Position numbers and translations under genes: made by a program. A DNA stretch of 55,783 nucleotides, filler included, from Dimargaris cristalligena (lineage: Eukaryota): the NCBI GenBank assembly GCA_003614675.1. It is 2 parts of 2 records of this genome, joined end to end, with 100 filler letters (N's around TTAATTAATTAA, not from the genome) between each part and the next. Parts side by side here need not be neighbours in the genome. Positions count along the whole stretch, not along the records: positions 27,981 to 55,783 come from ML002509.1; 1 more part is not named here. One strand, given 5' to 3'. Shown here piece by piece: positions 37,348 through 49,860 of this stretch (within the stretch, counting starts at the first letter, position 1; every line of letters begins with the position of its first letter). The notes under the pieces are model-generated. The model searched no databases. It saw only the letters and a list, made by a program, of their open reading frames with translations, and was not told where the DNA came from.

Positions 37348-37749
37348 GGAGTCATGGTCGCCAAGAAGGACTACAATGCTCCTCGTCACCAGGACATCAA
37401 GGTGCCCAACCTGCAGGTCATCAAGGCCCTGCAGTCCCTGGACTCCCGCGGCTACGTCAAGACTCTGTTCTCGTGGCAGTGGTACTACTATACCCTGACT
37501 GACGAGGGTATCGAGTACCTGCGCACATTCCTCCACCTTCCCGAAGATGTGTACCCCGCTACCTTCAAGAAGGCCATCCGTGCCCCTGCCCCCAGCTTCA
37601 GCGGTCGCCCCGATCGTGATGGTTTCCGCCCCCGCGGTGACCGCGACAGCTACCGTCGTGATGACGGTGCCAAGAAGGAAGGTGCCACCGGTGACTTCAA
37701 GCCCGAGTTCCGTGGTGGATTCGGTCGTGGCCGTGCTGCCCCCCAATAA
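37026..37749 (+). CDS. RPS10: 40S ribosomal protein eS10, copy 1; exons 37026-37077, 37346-37749
   Basis: MLIPKKNRQLIYETLFR|EGVMVAKKD..PNLQVIKALQSL.SRGYVK..FSWQWYYYTLTDEGIEYLR. Confidence 0.97.
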
Positions 37750-38673
37750 AGAAAGAGCGGTAACACATAGCTGATTATGTACATCTCCCCCCCTTCCTCT
37801 CCCCAACACCCTCCCCCCTCTATCACAACAGTCTCTCCACACCGCTGCTCTTCTCTCACATCTGTCTTCTCGTCAAGTAGGTCGTGAGCGGGACAATTAC
37901 ACGCCACACCGTTTTCTTCAAAATAAAACTCACTTGCTGAATTTAATAAATATAACCGCTATCTTCCAGGTGACTCTTTGTGACGAATTAGTATTCATAC
38001 AGAAATATCTGTAAGGAATGATGTTCAGCCTGGGGGGAAATGTGTTTGTTTGTTGATGATGGGGAGCCCATTTCTCAAACAACGGCCTTGAGAGTCTAGC
38101 CCGGTAACTCTAAGATCAATCTGTTCGAAGCATCGGAGTCCGCGTCAATTCATTTGTCGTGATATCGCTGAAATCGATATTATAATCCTTTGAAATATGT
38201 ATTTAAGGGGCGATTTTCATTGCAGCGGTCGTTTTATAGTTGTGGGTTAAGTCACATTTTATTGAAGGCATAGTATTGAAGCTACAGGGGAGCGACACGG
38301 GTCTCCCACAAAAAAAAAATATAAAATAAGAACGCACAAAGTCAATATAACAAGTGCACTACACAACAAGGGAAGGGGGGCTATAAATTGGACAATTGGT
38401 CACAAATACACAACGAATAGTGGAATTAATGCAAAAAATTAGTCCGCGACAGGGAGGGGGACGTAGACCATGGATTAATTCCGGATGTTGGAAGAGAGGC
38501 GAGGCTACTACGAGGGGAAATGCGGGGGTTTAGCCTGCAGGGTCACAGTTGTACTAAGGACATATATAAAAAAAAGGGAGTATAGGGTAGGACGGATATT
38601 TGTAACGCAGGGAAATGTATATCACGAACATGAGCCAGAGAAGCTGTTTGGCGTCAGCGTACGGTTACGGAGT

Positions 38674-39953
38674 CTACATTTCCAATTCAAAGACACCGGG
38701 GTGCTTATCTGTTAGTTGGCATTGTAAAACGGGGCAGCAAAGTACAGCAGAAGCAAGAGGATGGGGTGAGAAGCCAAAACAAGAGGGTGTATATGGTGTT
38801 GACGGGGGGATATAGAAGGAGGTTGGTACCTCCCCTAATACGTTAAATATTTCATCTCATCGGACGATCGCATCAAAGTAACTAAGGTGCCAATGATTCC
38901 TTCGTAATCCACTGAATCTATCAATATAGAGAGAAAGCTGGGGTATAGCCTAGAGTCTGTTGCATACCTTTATCGGCATCCGCGTTCGCCGTCACGGGCG
39001 GGTCAAGCTCCTCGTCTTCCTCGGCCTGTTCCTCTAAGCTCATGGTCATAAGTTTGGGCAGTGGTTCGGCGCTGTTGAGCAGGTGGTTATCTCCGTTGAG
39101 CTGGGGCAGAGCCAGTTTGTTGGCGGGGGTATTGGGGGGCGCGCGGAAGCCGGGTTGTTGGTTACCGCCAATCGATGAGCTCAGCTTGCCCCCGTTTCCG
39201 GTGGAGGTGGAGTACGACTGCGGCTGGTGTTGGTTGTTGTTGTTGCTGTTGCTGCTGCCACCGCCACTGCGGAGATTACTGCTGTGGACGGGACGGGTGG
39301 ACTGCTGGGTCCCCAGATGGGGTGCGCGGTAGGTCCCAGCCGAGCTGCCAGTCACCCCGGGAATCACATTCATGCGCGACGGAGGAGTTTGCGAGAGGGG
39401 GGAGTTACTTAGGGCTAGGAGCTGTTGGCGACCGTAGACAATGCGGGTTCCTATCATAAATCAGACGATATGCGTCGCAAATGGGTATTCGGTACAGGAT
39501 TTAATAGGCAAAGCGTGGAGGTGAACAGATGGTCATTTAGTTAGCTGGGTATCCAATGTCGCCAGGCTAGGCCAGGGGCTTTCGTCGACTAGTGATTCGG
39601 AGTGGCATACACACCATTTACGTAGCATGTAATCCGGGATTCCCTCTATACAGCGTCCCCCTCTACGCTTAGGACGTGCCTGATACAGCCGGACATCATC
39701 AAGTACAGTGGCTGGCGGTATACAACACCCGTTGGAGCGCCCGCCTAAACAGGAGGGTGGCTAAGAATAGGTTTTTAGAGGGACAGGGGCCGCCAGGACT
39801 ATCAACGGTTAGGGTGTGCTTACCGCGTGGGGTGGTGGAGAAGATCGTTCCACCGGGAGTGGTACCGTAATCCTCGGGGATCTGCTCATCGGGCCGGGCA
39901 CGCCGGGTGGGGATATGCCGAGCGGAAGTCGGAGTTGTAGTGGAGGCGGTCAT
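38674..39953 (-). CDS. EIF4EBP: eIF4E-binding protein (4E-BP), copy 1; exons 39953-39824, 39450-38968, 38708-38674
   Basis: DYGTTPGGTIFSTTPR|GTRIVYGRQQLL (YxxxxL-phi), NSPLSQTPP; last exon DKHPGVFELEM* is a TOS-like motif. Confidence 0.92.
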
Positions 39954-40020
39954 GTTGAAGGCGGGCCAAGGAATATAGTGGGTAGGAACAGAGGGGAGGA
40001 GGGGGTATAGCGAGGGCAAT

Positions 40021-40362
40021 CTGGAAAAGGACAGGAAAGGGAAGAATGCACAAATAAGTATAGGTGGAACAGAGGGTGGTTTCCCCAGTGCTACTACATT
40101 CCAGGTTAAAAAAATGGCAGTAGATAGATAGGGCGGTGTAGGTTCACCTAGAGAGCTGACTGACTATCAAAGTGACTTTGTTGGAACTGGCCCAACACCC
40201 CCCTTCGGCGAGTGACACAGGGGCCGGGGGAATCCCTTCGTTCCAGGCGGGCCGCATCGGCTACTTGAGAGCCCGCGACGCCTGAGAAGAAGGGGGGATG
40301 GGTTGAGACGCGGCAATTACAGGCTGGGCGAAGTTTAATAATAATAGGCGAGAGCGACTTAC
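40021..40362 (-). other. 4E-BP 5'-UTR intron (copy 2 at ~46505-46846)
   Basis: GAG|GTAAGT donor; long pyrimidine tract ending in CCAG. Confidence 0.65.
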
Positions 40363-41551
40363 CTCAAAGCGGGCAGGGAATGCTTCGAGCTGGGAAGGAA
40401 GCAAAGCTATAAAACCGGGCAGGCAAAAAAAGTATGGGGGGGGGGGGGGGGTAAGTAAGGTGGTGGATTCCCAATGGTTAGATGGGGGGAGAGGAGCTGA
40501 CAGTCGCTTCGAAGTGATTCATGATTAGCCCATGGGGAATGGGGCGAACCAAATCCCCCGCTGGCCAATCGACCACATAACATGAGGGGTGGCTCGTATG
40601 CCCCGCACTTCGACACCGCATCTGAAAACATCCATCCATCGCCTAGCCGTTCCGTAAGTCCGGCGAATCGAGGGGGGTCAACAGTGGTTTCGAACTAGTG
40701 TTGTTACCACTGATATATTCGTAGTGTCGAATAGGTAGGTGTTACATCGATTAGCTCACAGACTGACGGATGGATGGCTAGTCGGTCGATCGATGGATGG
40801 GTGGGTGTTACTCGACGGGATGGAGAGGTTGGCCGATGATGGTGCGGGGGTTCGGAGTGGCATCCGTGACGAGCGTACGGGCTGGGTCGGCTAAGCTATA
40901 GAGGGTGGACGTCAATCGCACGTACCACTTCTCGAAATACGACGGCTGTGTGGGTATGTCAAAGCGAAAAAGAGAGGGAGCCTTGATGGGGTCCGGGTGG
41001 ATTTAGCTTATAATATGGACTACTTTGTGGATGAATTTCTTGTCTACCCAACTTGTATGATCTGTGCCCCACCTGTAGAATGGGCCCCTCCATGGGTGCC
41101 GCTTACTTTACGCCGCCTAGCCAGCGACTACCACACTATTGCCGCAAACTCTCTTTCCATGAAGGGTGAGGGGGGGGGGGCGGCTCCTACCCCTCCATCT
41201 GGGCCAAATGGCATACAGGCCATAGTTTGCGTTAAATCACGTGATAAGTATAACCTAGGGACTCTTTCAGGGCAATTTCGTTATCGACCACGCACTATTC
41301 GGGTTTCCATGTGCTGTGGTCTATTCATAACTCTAATGTCAAAATACCTTGGAGTGGCCCTTGAATCTAAGCAACTATACCTATCCTTCACAGGATTCCT
41401 CCCAACGGGCGACCTCCCATCTCATATTTACCCTGTACTGGCTAATACCCCTAATACTATAGTCCCATAAAGCCCGCCCTTCCTGATTCCCCGCCCGTTC
41501 CCTACCCATTAATATATAGTATATTACACCATTGAAGGGGCCTTGCAAACT

Positions 41552-42277
41552 ATGGCGGACACCAGCTCCTCCGACGCAAATGGCAACCTCGGCTTCAAGC
41601 TCCGCAATTCCCTCCAGCGTTACCAGCAAGTAGCCCAACATTGTCTTGCGAAACTCGACTACACTCAGACCATCGCCTACCTGGCCAAAATATGCAGCAT
41701 CCTCGATAATACCACCGACCCGGCCCTCCAGTCTTCCCTATTCACCACCCCGGACCAGCCCCCTATTTTAACCCTCCATCGGACCGCACCGGTCTCCACG
41801 GACGGCGACTGCGCTCCGCCAGCCATACCAGCGGCCACTAATCCACCCTTTAGTGAACTGGATTTAGCCCTGGTGAATGATTTATCCCTCGAGCGGCTAG
41901 TCGCGAACAACGGAAATCCAACGGATGGTCAACAGGCCGCTCTTCCCGGTTCCACTCCATGGAACCCGCATTCTCATTCACACTCACATTCGCACTCGCC
42001 AGCGAATGGCGCGGCTCGACTTAAGCGCTCCTTGGCTCACCTTAAGGGAGTGGCCTATTGGAATTTGGGGGATTGCTATCAACGGGCGGGACAGGTCATT
42101 CTGGCCGAGACGGCCTTTGAACAAAGCTCGCTGTGGTTTTATCGCGCGCGGGAAACCAAATGTAATTTACTGGCACTTGAGCATCTGGTCCAGGTTGAAG
42201 AGGCATTGGGCAAACATCAATTGGCGGCTAACCTTAGGCGTCGTATGGCTAAAATTAAAGCAGCCGAAAGTTCCTAA
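41552..42277 (+). CDS. Hypothetical helical/TPR-like protein, copy 2
   Basis: Protein identical to 35068-35793. Confidence 0.7.
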   Translation: MADTSSSDANGNLGFKLRNSLQRYQQVAQHCLAKLDYTQTIAYLAKICSILDNTTDPALQSSLFTTPDQPPILTLHRTAPVSTDGDCAPPAIPAATNPPFSELDLALVNDLSLERLVANNGNPTDGQQAALPGSTPWNPHSHSHSHSHSPANGAARLKRSLAHLKGVAYWNLGDCYQRAGQVILAETAFEQSSLWFYRARETKCNLLALEHLVQVEEALGKHQLAANLRRRMAKIKAAESS

Positions 42278-43509
42278 TGATGTGACTTGTAGGGCGCGTT
42301 AGTAAGACTGGCGAGTATTTTCAGAATAATTTATTACACTTGTACATAATAATGCTCATACGACCATTGGGGTTGGAGTTTGCCCTTGCGTTTTTAGGTG
42401 CCGTTAAGTATCAACAATACACAAGCGAATCTCCCGTATTTTTAATAAAGCTAACCCCACTTCATCGTTTCAACTTCCAATGCAGTAAATCAATTGTAAC
42501 TAGGTTGGCCAGCCTAAATATAGCTAATCTATTGTAGCTGTGCAAGAGGAAATGATGTGTGGTATTGACAGGTTGATGACCAAGTTAAGGTTGTCCGCCA
42601 TCTAATTCACATCATCTAATAGCTGTCGTCACGCTGTATTTCGCTAAGACCCACCACCCTTCAGAGCCATAGGTATGGAAGGCAGGGGAGATCTTTCCCA
42701 CAGAAAGACGGCAGGTAATAGCGCTTAAGATATTCCTAGCAATGCTACTACCCCCAACCATACACCCATTATTGGCCATCGAGACTATAGGTGGAACTTG
42801 CGCCTTTCACTATTATCCAACCACGTGATATCAAATCATACCAACCACTAACTACTCTTATACACTATAGTCAAATCCCTCAACCTCCTTGGCTGGGGAG
42901 ATGGGAAGGAGGCGGCGGGGTGTGGTAATGGTGGGAGGAGGGGGGGGGTTTGGAGTAGGTTGGTGGGTGGTGAACTGCACAATGTAGGAAACACGGTAAT
43001 TATAATCGATTCAGCCCCGCCATTGACAATTCCTCCTTTCCTCTTCACTCTTCCTGTATCAACCATCTGTGTCATATACAGTCCGAACGACGTGGTATGT
43101 ATCCAACTCCCCAGAGACTAGCCGATATTCGATGACTTTACGGCCCTTCCAATCCATCCATCCACTGCTCCTACGCCCGTTGCCCCCCCGTCAGTGCCTC
43201 GCATGTCCGAATGTCGCGGAAGCCTCGTTGTAATGACCGGCCTTTACTAATGGTCACTACCTACCGAGATGTTCGATATTTTTTGGAGGACGGATCAAAC
43301 AACAGCAGTTCACTGAACTGTATGCGAGTAATAACGGACCGACGAACGGATGGATGGATGGATAGGCCGATAAGTGTATATACAAACCCCTAAACGGAGT
43401 ATCCGTGGCCCGTACAACGTTACTAATTTGTGATTATGCATATTTTATCTCGACTGACCACTCTGGTACCGATTCCCTTTATGCCTCCCCGATCGCCACA
43501 GCCTGCAAG

Positions 43510-43797
43510 ATGCTGATTCCCAAGAAGAACCGCCAGCTCATCTACGAGACCCTCTTCCGCGGTATGTAACCAGTTTCATCGCTGTCCTTCCCCTCATCTC
43601 CGTCGCAACACGAACTCGGTACATTTATTGTCACTATTGGGGAATCCGCCTTCGGGCGGATTTCCCGGGTTTGTAGATTATGGGATGCGCAAACTATTTC
43701 TTCTCACTAAGCTTACTGAATAATGAATACCCCGTTGATTGTGCGTAACGCTGTCTAATTCCCGAAATTCTCTATCCCCCTATTATCATCTCTTTAC

Positions 43798-43831
<34 letters not shown>

Positions 43832-44233
43832 GGAGTCATGGTCGCCAAGAAGGACTACAATGCTCCTCGTCACCAGGACATCAAGGTGCCCAACCTGCAG
43901 GTCATCAAGGCCCTGCAGTCCCTGGACTCCCGCGGCTACGTCAAGACTCTGTTCTCGTGGCAGTGGTACTACTATACCCTGACTGACGAGGGTATCGAGT
44001 ACCTGCGCACATTCCTCCACCTTCCCGAAGATGTGTACCCCGCTACCTTCAAGAAGGCCATCCGTGCCCCTGCCCCCAGCTTCAGCGGTCGCCCCGATCG
44101 TGATGGTTTCCGCCCCCGCGGTGACCGCGACAGCTACCGTCGTGATGACGGTGCCAAGAAGGAAGGTGCCACCGGTGACTTCAAGCCCGAGTTCCGTGGT
44201 GGATTCGGTCGTGGCCGTGCTGCCCCCCAATAA
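43510..44233 (+). CDS. RPS10: 40S ribosomal protein eS10, copy 2; exons 43510-43561, 43830-44233
   Basis: Same as copy 1. Confidence 0.95.
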
Positions 44234-45157
44234 AGAAAGAGCGGTAACACATAGCTGATTATGTACATCTCCCCCCCTTCCTCTCCCCAACACCCTCCCC
44301 CCTCTATCACAACAGTCTCTCCACACCGCTGCTCTTCTCTCACATCTGTCTTCTCGTCAAGTAGGTCGTGAGCGGGACAATTACACGCCACACCGTTTTC
44401 TTCAAAATAAAACTCACTTGCTGAATTTAATAAATATAACCGCTATCTTCCAGGTGACTCTTTGTGACGAATTAGTATTCATACAGAAATATCTGTAAGG
44501 AATGATGTTCAGCCTGGGGGGAAATGTGTTTGTTTGTTGATGATGGGGAGCCCATTTCTCAAACAACGGCCTTGAGAGTCTAGCCCGGTAACTCTAAGAT
44601 CAATCTGTTCGAAGCATCGGAGTCCGCGTCAATTCATTTGTCGTGATATCGCTGAAATCGATATTATAATCCTTTGAAATATGTATTTAAGGGGCGATTT
44701 TCATTGCAGCGGTCGTTTTATAGTTGTGGGTTAAGTCACATTTTATTGAAGGCATAGTATTGAAGCTACAGGGGAGCGACACGGGTCTCCCACAAAAAAA
44801 AAATATAAAATAAGAACGCACAAAGTCAATATAACAAGTGCACTACACAACAAGGGAAGGGGGGCTATAAATTGGACAATTGGTCACAAATACACAACGA
44901 ATAGTGGAATTAATGCAAAAAATTAGTCCGCGACAGGGAGGGGGACGTAGACCATGGATTAATTCCGGATGTTGGAAGAGAGGCGAGGCTACTACGAGGG
45001 GAAATGCGGGGGTTTAGCCTGCAGGGTCACAGTTGTACTAAGGACATATATAAAAAAAAGGGAGTATAGGGTAGGACGGATATTTGTAACGCAGGGAAAT
45101 GTATATCACGAACATGAGCCAGAGAAGCTGTTTGGCGTCAGCGTACGGTTACGGAGT

Positions 45158-46437
45158 CTACATTTCCAATTCAAAGACACCGGGGTGCTTATCTGTTAGT
45201 TGGCATTGTAAAACGGGGCAGCAAAGTACAGCAGAAGCAAGAGGATGGGGTGAGAAGCCAAAACAAGAGGGTGTATATGGTGTTGACGGGGGGATATAGA
45301 AGGAGGTTGGTACCTCCCCTAATACGTTAAATATTTCATCTCATCGGACGATCGCATCAAAGTAACTAAGGTGCCAATGATTCCTTCGTAATCCACTGAA
45401 TCTATCAATATAGAGAGAAAGCTGGGGTATAGCCTAGAGTCTGTTGCATACCTTTATCGGCATCCGCGTTCGCCGTCACGGGCGGGTCAAGCTCCTCGTC
45501 TTCCTCGGCCTGTTCCTCTAAGCTCATGGTCATAAGTTTGGGCAGTGGTTCGGCGCTGTTGAGCAGGTGGTTATCTCCGTTGAGCTGGGGCAGAGCCAGT
45601 TTGTTGGCGGGGGTATTGGGGGGCGCGCGGAAGCCGGGTTGTTGGTTACCGCCAATCGATGAGCTCAGCTTGCCCCCGTTTCCGGTGGAGGTGGAGTACG
45701 ACTGCGGCTGGTGTTGGTTGTTGTTGTTGCTGTTGCTGCTGCCACCGCCACTGCGGAGATTACTGCTGTGGACGGGACGGGTGGACTGCTGGGTCCCCAG
45801 ATGGGGTGCGCGGTAGGTCCCAGCCGAGCTGCCAGTCACCCCGGGAATCACATTCATGCGCGACGGAGGAGTTTGCGAAAGGGGGGAGTTACTTAGGGCT
45901 AGGAGCTGTTGGCGACCGTAGACAATGCGGGTTCCTATCATAAATCAGACGATATGCGTCGCAAATGGGTATTCGGTACAGGATTTAATAGGCAAAGCGT
46001 GGAGGTGAACAGATGGTCATTTAGTTAGCTGGGTATCCAATGTCGCCAGGCTAGGCCAGGGGCTTTCGTCGACTAGTGATTCGGAGTGGCATACACACCA
46101 TTTACGTAGCATGTAATCCGGGATTCCCTCTATACAGCGTCCCCCTCTACGCTTAGGACGTGCCTGATACAGCCGGACATCATCAAGTACAGTGGCTGGC
46201 GGTATACAACACCCGTTGGAGCGCCCGCCTAAACAGGAGGGTGGCTAAGAATAGGTTTTTAGAGGGACAGGGGCCGCCAGGACTATCAACGGTTAGGGTG
46301 TGCTTACCGCGTGGGGTGGTGGAGAAGATCGTTCCACCGGGAGTGGTACCGTAATCCTCGGGGATCTGCTCATCGGGCCGGGCACGCCGGGTGGGGATAT
46401 GCCGAGCGGAAGTCGGAGTTGTAGTGGAGGCGGTCAT
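45158..46437 (-). CDS. EIF4EBP: 4E-BP, copy 2 (native upstream region); exons 46437-46308, 45934-45452, 45192-45158
   Basis: Same as copy 1 apart from one synonymous Leu change. Confidence 0.9.
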
Positions 46438-49400
46438 GTTGAAGGCGGGCCAAGGAATATAGTGGGTAGGAACAGAGGGGAGGAGGGGGTATAGCGAGGG
46501 CAATCTGGAAAAGGACAGGAAAGGGAAGAATGCACAAATAAGTATAGGTGGAACAGAGGGTGGTTTCCCCAGTGCTACTACATTCCAGGTTAAAAAAATG
46601 GCAGTAGATAGATAGGGCGGTGTAGGTTCACCTAGAGAGCTGACTGACTATCAAAGTGACTTTGTTGGAACTGGCCCAACACCCCCCTTCGGCGAGTGAC
46701 ACAGGGGCCGGGGGAATCCCTTCGTTCCAGGCGGGCCGCATCGGCTACTTGAGAGCCCGCGACGCCTGAGAAGAAGGGGGGATGGGTTGAGACGCGGCAA
46801 TTACAGGCTGGGCGAAGTTTAATAATAATAGGCGAGAGCGACTTACCTCAAAGCGGGCAGGGAATGCTTCGAGCTGGGAAGGAAGCAAAGCTATAAAACC
46901 GGGCAGTGGAAAGACACACAGCCCTCCCAAGGGGGAAAATATTCGCCAAACCACCACCGACTCCACTACTCACAGTCTCTCTCTCTCAGGCTTCACCATC
47001 AATTTTCCTCTCCAACCCACCTATACCACGGCCCTTTTTTTTCTAGTCATGATGGTTTCAGGCTCTCACACCAATGGGTGAAGGTTGTCGCGTAATCCAT
47101 GTAGTAATCGTTGGTTTTACCCCTCTATACTTTCGCTCATTTAGGCGGTTGGTGGGTTTACCATGTATACTATAAAGTGGCAGCACCTACTACGCAACTA
47201 AATATATATATATATATATATATATGTATTTAAATATATAAAGGAAAGCGAACAGGCGTAAGCACAGCAGCAGCGCCATTGATTTTCCATCCACCATACT
47301 TGGAAGGGCTGATTCGTAGCTGGTCAATCTGGGGGGCCCATGCCTCTTTCATCGATGAACACTCGCGACCAGGCTTCGCCATTGGTGGTGGTGTATCACA
47401 TCCCTTCTCAAATGGGGCGGCCATCGTTGCTTCGGTGTCCTTGTGACCCTAATTCACCCATTATCCTCCAAAACGGCATCCGCCTCTCTCTACCACCCCG
47501 ACGCATAAGCAGGGGTGTGGGGTGAGTGTGTAGGGTTAGTATAGCATGGTGGGAGTATGCCATGTAAGCCCTACTGCTTCCTCCCTTGACCTCGTACTCC
47601 ACCACTTGGCTCCGATACGGCCCCGGCCTGCTGAGTGAAACAGTCCACAGGAGGACTTTCCCACTCCGCTATGCCAGGTGCTGCTTATCGAGTCACAGCG
47701 TAGGGCTTGTACGAAACATCCCAAGGTTCTACTAGCGGCGTACCCTCATTATGCGGGGCGTCTCGTATCGAAACCCTTCTTACCCCGAGGACCTAATGGG
47801 GGAAGGTTTGGCTTGGTATTCGCCAGGTAAGTAGAACCACCGCCGTCTCGCGCTAGTGGGTATCCTCTATACTAACATGTGGTTTATGTTAATGGTGTTC
47901 ATTACCCACTCACATGATATCTAACTGTACTGCAATGCTTCCGTTATAATCACGTCGTCTGAACGGTGTTTCAGTTTGGAGTTAATAGGACACGTATTAT
48001 AAACAGTGCTATTAAAATCCAAAAGCAGCTTACCCGTTTACCAAATTGCTGCTCATTTAAACCACTTGCCTTACATTAGCCGTGGGGGGATATTCAAAGG
48101 CCTATTGCATCTATTATATCACTGCCCCTTTCGAATTACCAATAAGGGTGGCTGTTTGGTTAGCTCCTATCCGCCAGTCTGAAAATAGCGATTCGACCAA
48201 GCGGAGATACACCTACGTAGCTTGGAGGAAACATAGTGGTGATGGAGGATGTACATAGCCATGGTGTTACTCGACCCTGTGAGTCGACAAACCGGTCTTA
48301 AATCACCACTAACGACCATCCCCCCGCTTATTCTCGTCCCTAATTTTAAACGGCACATACATGGGCTGGGTTTGGGCGTTTCCATACCAAGAAAAAAGAG
48401 CCGGAGATTCCGAAGTTTGGAAATGTAGTGGAGAAATGATAATATATGTATAGTATCTAAATATGTCACTGTTCTCTAGATGTTGAAATCATACAGCGCA
48501 GGCCTTGCTTACTTTTATACAGGCTAGACCAAGGTAAGAAACGCCGAAAATGGTAGTTTCCTAAAAAGCCTTAGTTGCATTAACTTCTAAAACGAGCCAT
48601 ATTCATATATCCGGCTGTCTGGCCAGAAAGCGTAAAAGAAGTGTAGCGACACTTTGCCTTAAATCGGATGGGGAGGAGTAGGTAGCAGGAGATGGCCCGC
48701 CCTACTTTTGGCCATACTTCCAAATACTCGGGAGTGTCCAGTCGCGTATTATTGCCTATACTATTTTCAATTTGGCGGTGGCCCTGTACTACTCGTTGTA
48801 ACGCTCTTGTATAACCGGAGTTCAATCATCCGATATATTTTCATATGAATCCGCTATTTCTACCCCCCCTTCCTCCCTTAGTTTCAGATTTTACGAATCA
48901 GCTAGGGCGAAGTAGGTAAACAACACGTCATCGAATCCGTTGGAAAAGCTAGGTTGATGAAAAACTGGTTTAGTAAATTCTTGATATCCTGGTTTTTGTA
49001 GAGCGGTGTTAGTTGAATAATCCGGAGACAGTATTTAAATTGCAGCGATGGTAATAAGTAGTGCTCAAGCCCAGATACGTAGAGTTAGGAGGGACTATTT
49101 AGCAAATTAGCCTCTTTTGTAAAGCGGATTGTTAAATCCCCTTCTTGTAACTAGCGCCTGTGAGACCCGGCGCGGGGGCAATCGTTACTAGGTGCTGTAT
49201 TGATAACAACACCCTCCCCCAGCCTTCACAATAATCAAAAACCGCGTTCGTGTCCACCGTTGAGGCAGAGATATACAATCCACCTCTAAAGGACTCCCCG
49301 CTCCCGGACCAGAAAATGTTGAAACCAATCTAAACTTAGCCTATAGTGAATATACTATATTACAATAATGAATAGCTGATGTGCAATAGTCATTTTTATT

Positions 49401-49860
49401 ACCACTATCAAATTGCCCCATTTACACTGAAGTTCCTCTTAGCCGCGTCTATTATATTTTAACCAAATCCGAGGTTATGCTACTTCCGTTGGTGGACACT
49501 GCCTTGTCAGACGAGGTAGCGTAACGACCAAGTGGTCTAGTGCGACTTGAACCCAATACAACCAGCCTCTACCGAATCCGAAAAAAAGGGGGGCTGAGGC
49601 GAGACTGCGAAATACGTTCTATAATCCAAGAGGAACGCACTGGTGGTGAAGACCGTCTAGATATGGCCCCAGCGCTAGGTATATATAAAGCTGACCATAC
49701 CTGTGTCTCTGTCCGTTGCCAAACACCTCCCTTCACAGTTTACACCGCTTTCCATCTATTTTTGCATGAGCCATTATATTTACACCTCTATATTATATTA
49801 TTCTGTGGATATCCTATAATCATCTCTCTTTAAAGTATACCCCAGCTGTTTTATTGAATT

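Larger units (their letters stand above)
33936..40422. repeat. 6.48-kb tandem segmental duplication, copy 1
   Basis: Near identical to 40419-46906 (offset 6484); 4-bp GCAG overlap at the junction. Confidence 0.97.
40419..46906. repeat. 6.48-kb tandem segmental duplication, copy 2
   Basis: Differences I saw: one extra G in the G-run, and substitutions at ~41261, ~41401, ~41405 and ~45879. Confidence 0.97.

Noticed and set aside
39175-39459. Poly-Cys ORF resembling a metallothionein
   Set aside because: Antisense to the Asn/Ser/Gln low-complexity region of 4E-BP.
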